DNA of 64,000 nucleotides, taken from an uncultured bacterium. GTDB taxonomy: Bacteria; Oederibacteriota; Oederibacteriia; Oederibacteriales; Oederibacteriaceae. The notes under the pieces were generated by a model. The model had not been told where the DNA came from and searched no databases. It was given only the letters and a program-made list of their open reading frames with translations. The DNA is taken from assembly GCA_965112635.1 (NCBI GenBank), contig OZ218778.1:1888001-1952000 (forward strand), read 5' to 3'. Positions 54,193 to 63,125 of this stretch are shown here, piece after piece; within the stretch, counting starts at the first letter, position 1; each line of letters starts with the position of its first letter. Made by a program: the position numbers and the translations under genes.

Positions 54193-57081
54193 ATGCACTT
54201 AGAAAAGAAGGATAGCCCTATGCAAGGGATGAAGATATTCGGGCAACTCATCATTAAACCTTTATTGGTCCTAATCCCTCTCTCTTTTTTATCCCCCGCC
54301 CTGGCCAGTGCCGGAGGATATCTGCGGGCCGTTGACCTGGAACTGACCGGGGATGATTATATACAGGGTGCTTATGTCAACAACACTCTGATAGGTGGTA
54401 CTCCCTGGAGAAACGACACCATGTTCTTTTATTCCACGGTGGACGGGACCCTGCCCATCAATATTTTTATGCCTGGCGTCACCAACCTTTTGGCTGCCAA
54501 TAATCCACCTGAGTCAGGGGGGCCCAATGATATTACCTACCGGTTGACCTTTCATTTTTCGGACGGGACCGAGACCTATGCCTGGAGCAACCCTGACGCC
54601 AACTCATTTATGTTTCAGGCTCCGAACGCTGGGGCAGTTCCTCCTGGATGGATGAACATTGGATTTTCCACGGCGGGTTGGACAAACCCCTCGCCGGCTC
54701 TTTCGTACGCGGCCGCGCACCAGTGGTATTATGTCATTCCCGATGCCAATAATGCGCCTTATGGCTATGTGCCCTATTTATCGGACAGCGGTCCCAGCGT
54801 TCACAATAATCCTGGTGGTGTGGTGGATCTATTCAGGACGAATTTTACCTTTCCCGATTCCAATGTGGCTCTCGAGAAGAGCTCGAACGTGACCGGCACG
54901 GCGGTAGGAGGCACGATTGCCTACACCATTACCCTGGGCGACTTTGGGGCCAGCATCGGCGACGTCACGGTCTACGATACCCTTCCGGCCGGCACGACCA
55001 TCATCCCCGGTTCGATAATCGGAGGCGGGTCCTATAATCCCGTGACCAACATGGTTTCCTGGAACTTTAACGTCCCCAACGCGGTCACCATGAATGATGT
55101 CACTACGAATATAAGTTCTGTGGTCAGCGAACCAGGGTGGATAGACACAAGCCCTTCGTCAGCTATTGGAGTGACTGATAATGCCTGGGATGCTTTTTTT
55201 TCCGGCCAGCCTGGATGGTTCCAGGTGGCCCCGCCTGTTGTGGCTAACGAAAACAATTATGTCATTGCCGGAGTTTTGTTTTACAACACCGTCGTGGACG
55301 CCGGCCCTGCCGCTGGCGGAAGTCCTGTCGGGATGGACCCCCTGGACTTTAACTATTCCGTGGACGGGACCGATAACCCTTTTCTGGCCTCACCCCCGAA
55401 TATCATGCGCGAGGCCGGCGACCCCACCGGCTATTGGGGTGTGGGTCCGGGGACCCAGTCGTTAGGTTATTATGACGCCACCTCGGACAGGAACTGGACC
55501 TGGGCGGATGTGAACAATCTCAGGGTGAGCTACACTTCCATTGCTCAATTCCAGCAGGAGTTGGTGGCCCTGGACGGCATGGAGATGGTCGTCCAGTATT
55601 ACCAGCCTTCGGTCCCGCCGTTCGGGTTCAGCGTCACCGTGGACAATCAACCCTGCCCCTCCACGCTCCATAATACGGCATCGGTTGCGGGGTCCAAGAT
55701 CATCACCACGACTTCCAATGACGCGCCCGTGGACGTCCTGTGCGCCATCACCGGCACGCCCACCGCCACGTTCACGGCCACGGCGACCGCCACACCCACG
55801 GCGACGGCCACGGCCACGGCTACTCCCGCCCCCGGCACTTCCACTTTTACGAGCACGGATACCTCCACGGGCACGCCTACCCCGACCTACACGGTGGGCC
55901 CTTCACAAACCGCTACGAACACAAATACCGCCACTGCAACCGGCACCGCGACCGCCACGAGCACCAACACCCCGCCTCCCACGAACACGATGTCCGTCAC
56001 CTATACGCCGACCATCACCTGCACTTCCACGGTCACGCTCACTTCCTCCAATACTTTCACTTCTTCCATGACCTCGACGGTTTCCTATACCTCGACGGCC
56101 ACGGCCACGAACACGCCCCAGACGGTCGTGATGCAGTTGAAGCTGTATAACAGCTCAGGCGAGATCGTCAAGACATTCAACAACCTTGTTTTTGTCCAGA
56201 TGGGTTTTGATTTCTCCAAGGTGCAGATCGACCCGGCCGGTGGGTCGGACCTCTTCGACCCGAGCACCGGTCTTTTCAACATCGAGGTGAAATCCGGAAG
56301 TTCGGTCTTTACCATCCCGTGGGACGGCAAGAACGACCTGGGTTACACGGTGGACAGCGGGGGATATTTGTTCAAAGCCGAAGCCCAGGGGCAGAACAAC
56401 ACGATCACGATGCCCGTGACGGTCTTGAAATCGGGCGACCTGACGACCATCTGCGTCTACACGACCAGCGGGGAACTGGTGAGGCAGCTTTACCAGAACT
56501 ATCTGGTTCAGGGTCAGCTCGGCAGCATGAAACTGAGCGCCAACGTGCTGACAGTGAACGACAAGAACAAAAAGACGGTGAATATCGGCATCAATTCTTT
56601 GTCCGAGAGCGGGTCGGCTTTGATGGACCAGATCGGACCCCTGGACCAGACCCGCATCTTTTGGGACGGCACCAGTTCCACGGGCGGTTTTGTGCAGAGC
56701 GGGGAGTATTTGATCAAGATAGACCAGATCTACAATGGCTCTCATTACTCGACTGTGCAGAGCGTCACGGTGCTGGTGTCCTCGTTCAGCGGGTTCATGG
56801 ACGCCTCGGCCTATCCCAACCCCTACATCTCCACCCCGGACCAGAAGGTGTGGTTCAAGGTCAGCTTGCACGACCAGTCGGACGTCAAGATCAGGATCTA
56901 CAACGTGGTGGGAGAACTGGTCAACACGCTCTTCGCGCCGGGAGCCGGAGCGGGTTCGGCCAGTCTGGGATGGAACGTGGGAGGGGCTGCCAGCGGGCTT
57001 TACGTGGGGGTCGTGGAGGCCAAATCCCTGGTCAGCGGCGAAACGCAGAAAAAGCCCGTCAAGATCACCCTCATCAAATAG
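54193..57081 (+). CDS. Secreted protein: head X, Thr stalk, two FlgD-Ig-like domains and C-terminal sorting-like domain
   Basis: Head paralogous to 52141; tail paralogous to the 59329 and 17550 genes; YPNPY...KITLIK. Start may be 54220 or 54229. Confidence 0.85.
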   Translation: MHLEKKDSPMQGMKIFGQLIIKPLLVLIPLSFLSPALASAGGYLRAVDLELTGDDYIQGAYVNNTLIGGTPWRNDTMFFYSTVDGTLPINIFMPGVTNLLAANNPPESGGPNDITYRLTFHFSDGTETYAWSNPDANSFMFQAPNAGAVPPGWMNIGFSTAGWTNPSPALSYAAAHQWYYVIPDANNAPYGYVPYLSDSGPSVHNNPGGVVDLFRTNFTFPDSNVALEKSSNVTGTAVGGTIAYTITLGDFGASIGDVTVYDTLPAGTTIIPGSIIGGGSYNPVTNMVSWNFNVPNAVTMNDVTTNISSVVSEPGWIDTSPSSAIGVTDNAWDAFFSGQPGWFQVAPPVVANENNYVIAGVLFYNTVVDAGPAAGGSPVGMDPLDFNYSVDGTDNPFLASPPNIMREAGDPTGYWGVGPGTQSLGYYDATSDRNWTWADVNNLRVSYTSIAQFQQELVALDGMEMVVQYYQPSVPPFGFSVTVDNQPCPSTLHNTASVAGSKIITTTSNDAPVDVLCAITGTPTATFTATATATPTATATATATPAPGTSTFTSTDTSTGTPTPTYTVGPSQTATNTNTATATGTATATSTNTPPPTNTMSVTYTPTITCTSTVTLTSSNTFTSSMTSTVSYTSTATATNTPQTVVMQLKLYNSSGEIVKTFNNLVFVQMGFDFSKVQIDPAGGSDLFDPSTGLFNIEVKSGSSVFTIPWDGKNDLGYTVDSGGYLFKAEAQGQNNTITMPVTVLKSGDLTTICVYTTSGELVRQLYQNYLVQGQLGSMKLSANVLTVNDKNKKTVNIGINSLSESGSALMDQIGPLDQTRIFWDGTSSTGGFVQSGEYLIKIDQIYNGSHYSTVQSVTVLVSSFSGFMDASAYPNPYISTPDQKVWFKVSLHDQSDVKIRIYNVVGELVNTLFAPGAGAGSASLGWNVGGAASGLYVGVVEAKSLVSGETQKKPVKITLIK

Positions 57082-57120
57082 AGTGGTTCTGTTCGTCGGA
57101 TTAATTATTTTAGGAGTTCA

Positions 57121-59286
57121 ATGGGCATAGTAATATCTAAATCGAAAATTTATTTTATTGCCGTCACCATGGCCGCCCTTTTTGCTGTCCCTGTTTTTGC
57201 CTATGTGCCGGCTTGCCCTCAATTTTCCATAGCCTGTAAAAGCTCGGAACTGCCAGGCGGCAACTGGGACCATCAGCCCATTTTCCCTGAAATAGGGGAC
57301 GAGGGAATGGTCCATATCACCGGCTCTGGCGCTGGACCCGTGACCGCGGGTCAAGCCGGCACGGCGACTTTTAGCCCCTTTTGGCCTGTGGGCAATCCCA
57401 CGGATGGCGTGTATTTTGGATTGGCCAGCTCGGGTCCCAACAACAACTCAGCCTGGTGGGAGTGGAACGGGGCGGATGTGGGCAACTGGTTCAACGGAAC
57501 CTGTGGCGGTGAACTGACCTTTAATATCTGCTCCAATTACACCTGGGCCCAGCGGCAGGCAGGGTCCGGGGGAGGCACTGTATTCGGGGTCACCGATAAC
57601 GGGACCCGCCAGATATTCGGTTTTTCCATTAACGCGCCTGCGGGGAACAACCTGTCCGTTTCCTACTCCACGGGCCAGAACGGTTCCAGCAATTGCGGCA
57701 CGGTTCCCGGGGGTGACGCCAACTTCGGGGTGGGCAAAGCGCTACAGGTCAGAGTGGAGTGGAACGCTTCACCCGTGGTGATCACCAACTACCTTTACAT
57801 CAACGACGTTTTGATCTGCTCCGGCCTGTATTTGCCGGTCACCCCGAGCTGGGGCGCTAACTCATATTTCAACCTGGGAGCGAATACAGGAGGCTACAAC
57901 AGCTGCTTGGACAGCATTGCCGATTTTGAGTGCAGCACCTTCACCGGCTGCAGTTGTCTCAATACGCCTACCGTCACCCAGACCCCCATCCCTTACCCAA
58001 CTCCGTGGCCGAATACGGCCTGCCCCGACCTTTCTACCTGGAAATTGGTGGGCACTGCCGCTTATGTGGCCGGGAACAACCAGATCAACTTGTGCCAGAT
58101 GCAAAACGGCCCGGGCGGGGCCTGGGCGCCCACCTGCATAGACCTGACCAAGAATTTCGCCTATTCCTTTGAGCTGAATTTTGGGACTCCGGCTGACACT
58201 CCTCCGACCGGCGCGGACGGCATCTGCTTTGTCCTGCAGAACGACCCGGCTGGGACGGGCGCATTGGGCGGGGGCGGAGGCGGCATAGGCTTCGCGGGCC
58301 TCGGCGCGACAGGCGGCGCCCTGGCCGCCGAATTTGACACCTATACCAACGGCTGGGACATATCATTTCCGGAGGACCATACCGCCATTGACCTTAACGG
58401 GGACGTGACCCATACCATTCCGGCTCGCTATCCCGTGTGGGCCAGTTTGACCCAGCCTGACATCAAGGACGGCAATGACCATCTGGTCAGGGTGCTCTGG
58501 GACGCGACCAATCATAACCTTTTTATTTACTTCGACGGCAGCCGGCGCATCGTCTATAACTCCGACATCGTCAATGCCGTCTTTGGGGGGACCCACTGCG
58601 TTTACATGGGACTGACCAGCAGTATCGGCGGAAGTTATACCAATTTGCAGATGTTCCATTGCGTGTGCGGCACCGTGACGCCCACCAACACCTGGACCAT
58701 TTCGCCGACCAGCACGGCCACGCCGACCATCACTCCCACCTCGACCATAGGACCTTCCGGGACCCCTACCAGCACGGCCACCCCTACCTTGACCCAGACG
58801 ACCACCTCTACCGCCACGCAGACCACTACCATCACCCAGACCTTCACGAATACCTTTACCTTGACCTTTACAGCGACCTTCACCTTGACTTTGACGCCTT
58901 CCCAGACCCTGACCAGCAGCCAGACCCTGACCTCGTCCCTGACCTTCACGCCCACCCTGACCAGCACCCCTTCCGGGACCAGCACGCCCGTACCGCCGAT
59001 CATTGTGTATCCCAACCTCATCAACCCTGACAAGCACCAGTCCGTCAAGTTCTGGGGATTGCCCGCGTACAGCAAGGTCACCATTTACGACCTGAGCACG
59101 GAATTCGTGTGGCGAAGCGCCCTTTCCGGCGGCAACGAGCTGGAGATCATCTGGCCCGGATGTAACCAGAGCGGTATACCCGTGGCCCAGGGCATTTATT
59201 TCTACATTATCGAGATGTGGAACGGCCCGGACCACAGTGTGCTTAATAAGAAGATGGGCCATATCGGAGTCCTCAGGGGCGGTTGA
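57121..59286 (+). CDS. Secreted protein: head Y (includes a legume/L-type lectin-like domain), Thr stalk, short C-terminal sorting-like domain
   Basis: GADGICFVLQN, AEFDTY.N, DH.AI..NG, H.VRV.WD, Y.G.T.S.GG; tail paralogous to 52141. Confidence 0.85.
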   Translation: MGIVISKSKIYFIAVTMAALFAVPVFAYVPACPQFSIACKSSELPGGNWDHQPIFPEIGDEGMVHITGSGAGPVTAGQAGTATFSPFWPVGNPTDGVYFGLASSGPNNNSAWWEWNGADVGNWFNGTCGGELTFNICSNYTWAQRQAGSGGGTVFGVTDNGTRQIFGFSINAPAGNNLSVSYSTGQNGSSNCGTVPGGDANFGVGKALQVRVEWNASPVVITNYLYINDVLICSGLYLPVTPSWGANSYFNLGANTGGYNSCLDSIADFECSTFTGCSCLNTPTVTQTPIPYPTPWPNTACPDLSTWKLVGTAAYVAGNNQINLCQMQNGPGGAWAPTCIDLTKNFAYSFELNFGTPADTPPTGADGICFVLQNDPAGTGALGGGGGGIGFAGLGATGGALAAEFDTYTNGWDISFPEDHTAIDLNGDVTHTIPARYPVWASLTQPDIKDGNDHLVRVLWDATNHNLFIYFDGSRRIVYNSDIVNAVFGGTHCVYMGLTSSIGGSYTNLQMFHCVCGTVTPTNTWTISPTSTATPTITPTSTIGPSGTPTSTATPTLTQTTTSTATQTTTITQTFTNTFTLTFTATFTLTLTPSQTLTSSQTLTSSLTFTPTLTSTPSGTSTPVPPIIVYPNLINPDKHQSVKFWGLPAYSKVTIYDLSTEFVWRSALSGGNELEIIWPGCNQSGIPVAQGIYFYIIEMWNGPDHSVLNKKMGHIGVLRGG

Positions 59287-59328
59287 TAGCCTCTCCAGGC
59301 ATTTTTTGACAAACTTAAGGAGAAGATC

Positions 59329-62280
59329 GTGGTCAAAATGGCAGTCGTCATTCTTGGATGCATAGGCCTGACCCTCCTTGTTGTCCTGGCAACGGTCCCC
59401 CTCCAAGCCGGCTGCACGGAATTCCAGGTCAATGGCAATTCCATGGAAGTACCTGACGGCGATTACAACGGGAACATCATTGTGCCAGAGGTGGGTCCCT
59501 TGGGCACGGTCCAAATAGACGGCACGGGAGGCGGGCCGGTCAATACTCCCGCGCAAGAGGGATTTATCAAATGGGACCCTTTTGACGGGGTGGGCAATCA
59601 GGACGGTTTTACCTTTGGCCAGGGCGGGGGAGGCACCAACCTTAACGCCTGGTGGAGCTGGCAGGGAGCGCAAGTGGGGGATATTTTCAGCACCTGCGGG
59701 GGCGATATCAACTTTGATATCAAATCGGATTTCACCTGGTTGTTCCGGGAGGTTGGCGCGGGCGGGGGTATTACCTTTGATGTCAGCGATGACGGGAACC
59801 GGTCTCTTTTTACATACTCCATGAGCGGCACTGCCTGCACTCAACAATGTTTGCTCGGCGGCTATACGGCTATGGGCACCGCTGGCAACGGCGTTATCCA
59901 GGGCGCGTTCGCTTTTTTCGGCAATATCGGCGATGTCATGCATATGGATATACGCTGGGATACCAATAACATTTATTTATACGTTAATGGCAATCTGTTG
60001 GACACCACTCCCATAGCCGCTCTTAACCCGCCCATCACCTGGGGCCCCAACTCCTACTTCAATATAGGAGCGGGGGCGGAATTCGCCCCCTGGATGGGAC
60101 GCTTTTGTTTTCAGGACACCGTTGCTGATTTTAAGATAACTTCAGCGGCCGGGTGCCCCTGCATCGGCCCGGATATGCCCCAGCCCACTCCCACCCCTTT
60201 TCTCATCCCGGATAATTTTTGCCCTGACCTGTCCACTTGGAGGATCGTCGGCACAGCCCAAAAGGTGCCTGCGAATAATCAGATCAACCTGTGCGAGACG
60301 GACCACGGTCCGGGAGCGGCCTGGGCGCCCACCTGCATCAATCTGACCCAGAACTTTGCTTTTACTTTTTATGAAAATTTTGGCGTGCCTGCTGACAATC
60401 CTCTCACCGGCGCGGACGGCATCTGCTTTGTCCTGCAGAATTCCGGCCCTAATGCCATAGGGGGCGGCGGAGGAGGTATTGGCGCTGCCGGAGTGCCTCT
60501 TGGCGGGATCAGCCCGTCCGTTATCGCGGAAATAGACACCTATGACAACCTGGGTTGGGATCCCGGCTTTGACCACGCGGCCATAGACCTCAATGGCGAT
60601 GCGGAGCACCAGGGCCACGCGCCGGTGTGGGCCAGCATGGTCCAGCCGGATATCAAGGACGGCTTGGACCATATCTGCCGTTATCTTTGGGACGCAGGGA
60701 CAGATACTTTGTATGTGTATTTTGACGGAAGCCTGCGCCTGACCTATACCAACCCCAACATCATTACCGCCCTGGGGACCAACTGCCCCTATTGGGGCCT
60801 GACCAGTTCCATTGGCGGGAGCTATACTAATTTGCAGATGTTCCATTGCATTTGCGGGACCCCGACCAACACGAACACGGCGACTGCTACCAATACCGCC
60901 ACGGCCACGGCTACGGCGACCGCGACTCCGACCGTGTCGCCGACCGCCACGGCTTCGCCTTCGGCGACCGCCAGCCCCACGGTCACCAACACCCGGACCG
61001 TGACCAACACCGGAACGGCTACCTATACCGGCACGGCTACAGGGACCGCCTCGAACACCTTTACCATCACCGTGACCGCCACCCAGACCGATACGGCCAC
61101 ATCCACGGACACGCCAACCTGGCAGTTCTCCCCGACCACCACCTTTACGGCCACCCAGACCTATACCGCAACCGTGACGGATACTTCCTCGCTGACCGCC
61201 ACCATCACGCAGACCTCCACGGTCACGGTGACCAGTTCCACGACCCTGACCTCTTCCCTGACCTCCACCCCTTCCAAGTCCTTTACCCAGACCTGGACCG
61301 CCACCGTGACCGCCACCAGCACGCCGGTGATGACCGACCTGAAGTTAAAGATCTACAATGAGGCCGGGGAGGTAGTCAAAACTTTCAATGATGTGCTGGT
61401 CCTGGGGGCCTTGAGCGGCATCCAGCTCGATTCGGGAAGCGGCACCGTGCTTTTTGACCCCAGCAGCGGCATCTTTGACATCGAGGTCAAGAGCCAGGGG
61501 ATCGTGTACCATGTGCCGTGGGACGGCAAGAGCGACCTAGGAAATACCGTGGACAGCGGGGAATACGTGCTCAAGGGAGAGGTGCCCGGGCAGAGCTCGA
61601 CCGTCACCATGCCCGTGACGGTCTTTAAGGCCGGCAATCTCCTGACCATCGGCGTGTATACCACCAGCGGCGAACTGGTCAAGCAGTTGTATGAGAGCTA
61701 CCTGGTCCAGGGCCAGCTCGGCAGCATGAAACTGAGCGCCAATCTGCTGACCGTGAACGACAAGAATAAAAAGACCGTGAATATCGGCATCAACTCCTTG
61801 TCCGAGAATGGGGCGGTTATGGCGGACCAAATAGGGCTCCTGGACCAGAACCGGATCTTCTGGGACGGCACCAACAGCCTGGGCGGTTTCGTGCAGAGCG
61901 GAGAATACCTGGTCAAGATCGAGCAGACCTACAACCACAATCATGACGTGGTGGTGCAGAGCGTGACGGTGCTGGTGTCCTCGTTCAGCGGGTTCATGGA
62001 CGCTTCGGTGTATCCCAACCCGTACATCAGCACGCCGGACCAGAAGGTATGGTTCAAGGTCACCCTGCAGGACAATGCCGACGTCAGAGTGAGGATCTAT
62101 GACGTGGTCGGGGAACTGGTCAACACCCTCAGCAGTCCGGGGGCGGGCCCCGGTCCGGCCAGCCTGGGGTGGAACGTGGGCGGGTTGGCCAGCGGGCTTT
62201 ACGTGGGCATCGTGGAGGCCAAGTCCCTGGTGAGCGGAGAAACCCTGAAAAAACCTTTAAAAATATCGATTATTAAGTAA
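59329..62280 (+). CDS. Secreted protein: head Y (L-type lectin-like), Thr stalk, two FlgD-Ig-like domains and C-terminal sorting-like domain
   Basis: Head paralogous to 57121; tail paralogous to 54193; YPNPY...KISIIK. Confidence 0.85.
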   Translation: MVKMAVVILGCIGLTLLVVLATVPLQAGCTEFQVNGNSMEVPDGDYNGNIIVPEVGPLGTVQIDGTGGGPVNTPAQEGFIKWDPFDGVGNQDGFTFGQGGGGTNLNAWWSWQGAQVGDIFSTCGGDINFDIKSDFTWLFREVGAGGGITFDVSDDGNRSLFTYSMSGTACTQQCLLGGYTAMGTAGNGVIQGAFAFFGNIGDVMHMDIRWDTNNIYLYVNGNLLDTTPIAALNPPITWGPNSYFNIGAGAEFAPWMGRFCFQDTVADFKITSAAGCPCIGPDMPQPTPTPFLIPDNFCPDLSTWRIVGTAQKVPANNQINLCETDHGPGAAWAPTCINLTQNFAFTFYENFGVPADNPLTGADGICFVLQNSGPNAIGGGGGGIGAAGVPLGGISPSVIAEIDTYDNLGWDPGFDHAAIDLNGDAEHQGHAPVWASMVQPDIKDGLDHICRYLWDAGTDTLYVYFDGSLRLTYTNPNIITALGTNCPYWGLTSSIGGSYTNLQMFHCICGTPTNTNTATATNTATATATATATPTVSPTATASPSATASPTVTNTRTVTNTGTATYTGTATGTASNTFTITVTATQTDTATSTDTPTWQFSPTTTFTATQTYTATVTDTSSLTATITQTSTVTVTSSTTLTSSLTSTPSKSFTQTWTATVTATSTPVMTDLKLKIYNEAGEVVKTFNDVLVLGALSGIQLDSGSGTVLFDPSSGIFDIEVKSQGIVYHVPWDGKSDLGNTVDSGEYVLKGEVPGQSSTVTMPVTVFKAGNLLTIGVYTTSGELVKQLYESYLVQGQLGSMKLSANLLTVNDKNKKTVNIGINSLSENGAVMADQIGLLDQNRIFWDGTNSLGGFVQSGEYLVKIEQTYNHNHDVVVQSVTVLVSSFSGFMDASVYPNPYISTPDQKVWFKVTLQDNADVRVRIYDVVGELVNTLSSPGAGPGPASLGWNVGGLASGLYVGIVEAKSLVSGETLKKPLKISIIK

Positions 62281-62298
62281 TTTAACTATCGCTATTTC

Positions 62299-62329
62299 TT
62301 GTGACACAATCACTTCAGGGCTATAATTG
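62299..62329 (+). promoter_or_regulatory. Promoter TTGTGA-N17-TATAATTG upstream of the LolA-like gene
   Basis: TTGTGA at 62299-304 and TATAAT at 62322-27. Confidence 0.65.
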
Positions 62330-62361
62330 AACACAATTTGCATTGGTAGAAGAGGAGTTCA

Positions 62362-63081
62362 ATGAAAAAGGGACTATTAATTTTGTTCGCGCCTCTTTTG
62401 TTATTTTGTATTCCAGTTTGGGCGGGCCATGAGTACACGATGGATGAAATAGTCAGTAAGGTCCAGGAGGGGAGCGGGGGCATAGGGCAAATCGACGTGA
62501 AAGTGAAAGAAACGACCCTGCAGGGGTCGGAGACCAAGCAGCGGCAGTACCGGATAAGGAAAAAAGGGGACATGGTGAGGATGGACATGGACGACCTGGG
62601 CCAGAGCATTGTCCTCAAAAACAATGAAATACAGGTAAGGGGCAGGGATAGGAAGGTCCACAAAAATAAAACTGCGGCTGGTCTGGCAGGGCAGACGATG
62701 GATAAGATATTTGGAAAAGACCTGGCGGAGATGAAAAAGGACTATGACCTGCAAATAGACAGGCAAGCCAGCCAATCAGACAAAGAACTGTATGTTGTTC
62801 TTGCGGTGCCGAAGAAGAAAAACAACTCCACCCCACCGCTGAACCTTACGGTGGACATGAACAAGGGGTTGGTCATAAAAAGCGAGCAATTAACTGATGA
62901 CCATAAGCCCTGGGTCACAACAGAAGTGTTGGATTCCGTCCAAAAGAACGGCAAGTGGGTCGTCCTTAAAACAAGAACAAAGACCAATTACAAAGGCAGG
63001 GAAAGGATCAAAGAAACCCAATTTGAGTTCAGTTCCCTGAATGAAGGGGTCAGCGATACGGATTTTGAATTAGGTCACTAA
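62362..63081 (+). CDS. LolA-like / outer-membrane lipoprotein-sorting-fold periplasmic protein
   Basis: Signal peptide; EIV.KVQ, VRMD, YVVLAVPK, L.VD..KGL..K.E, C-terminal N.GVSD.DF. Confidence 0.6.
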   Translation: MKKGLLILFAPLLLFCIPVWAGHEYTMDEIVSKVQEGSGGIGQIDVKVKETTLQGSETKQRQYRIRKKGDMVRMDMDDLGQSIVLKNNEIQVRGRDRKVHKNKTAAGLAGQTMDKIFGKDLAEMKKDYDLQIDRQASQSDKELYVVLAVPKKKNNSTPPLNLTVDMNKGLVIKSEQLTDDHKPWVTTEVLDSVQKNGKWVVLKTRTKTNYKGRERIKETQFEFSSLNEGVSDTDFELGH

Positions 63082-63125
63082 AAATATCTACTCAGTAATG
63101 AACAAGTGAAGGGTTAAGATAAAAA

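Noticed and set aside
55740-56150. His-rich ORFs (also 53616-53876, 58659-59030, 60846-61361)
   Set aside because: Shifted-frame readings of ACC/ACG repeats inside real genes, with no independent RBS evidence.
58363-59943. 526-aa minus-strand ORF
   Set aside because: Antisense to two well-supported genes, with no recognisable motifs.
52141-62280. Possible diversity-generating retroelement or shufflon behind the paralog variation
   Set aside because: No reverse transcriptase or recombinase in the window, and the differences inspected are not adenine-specific.
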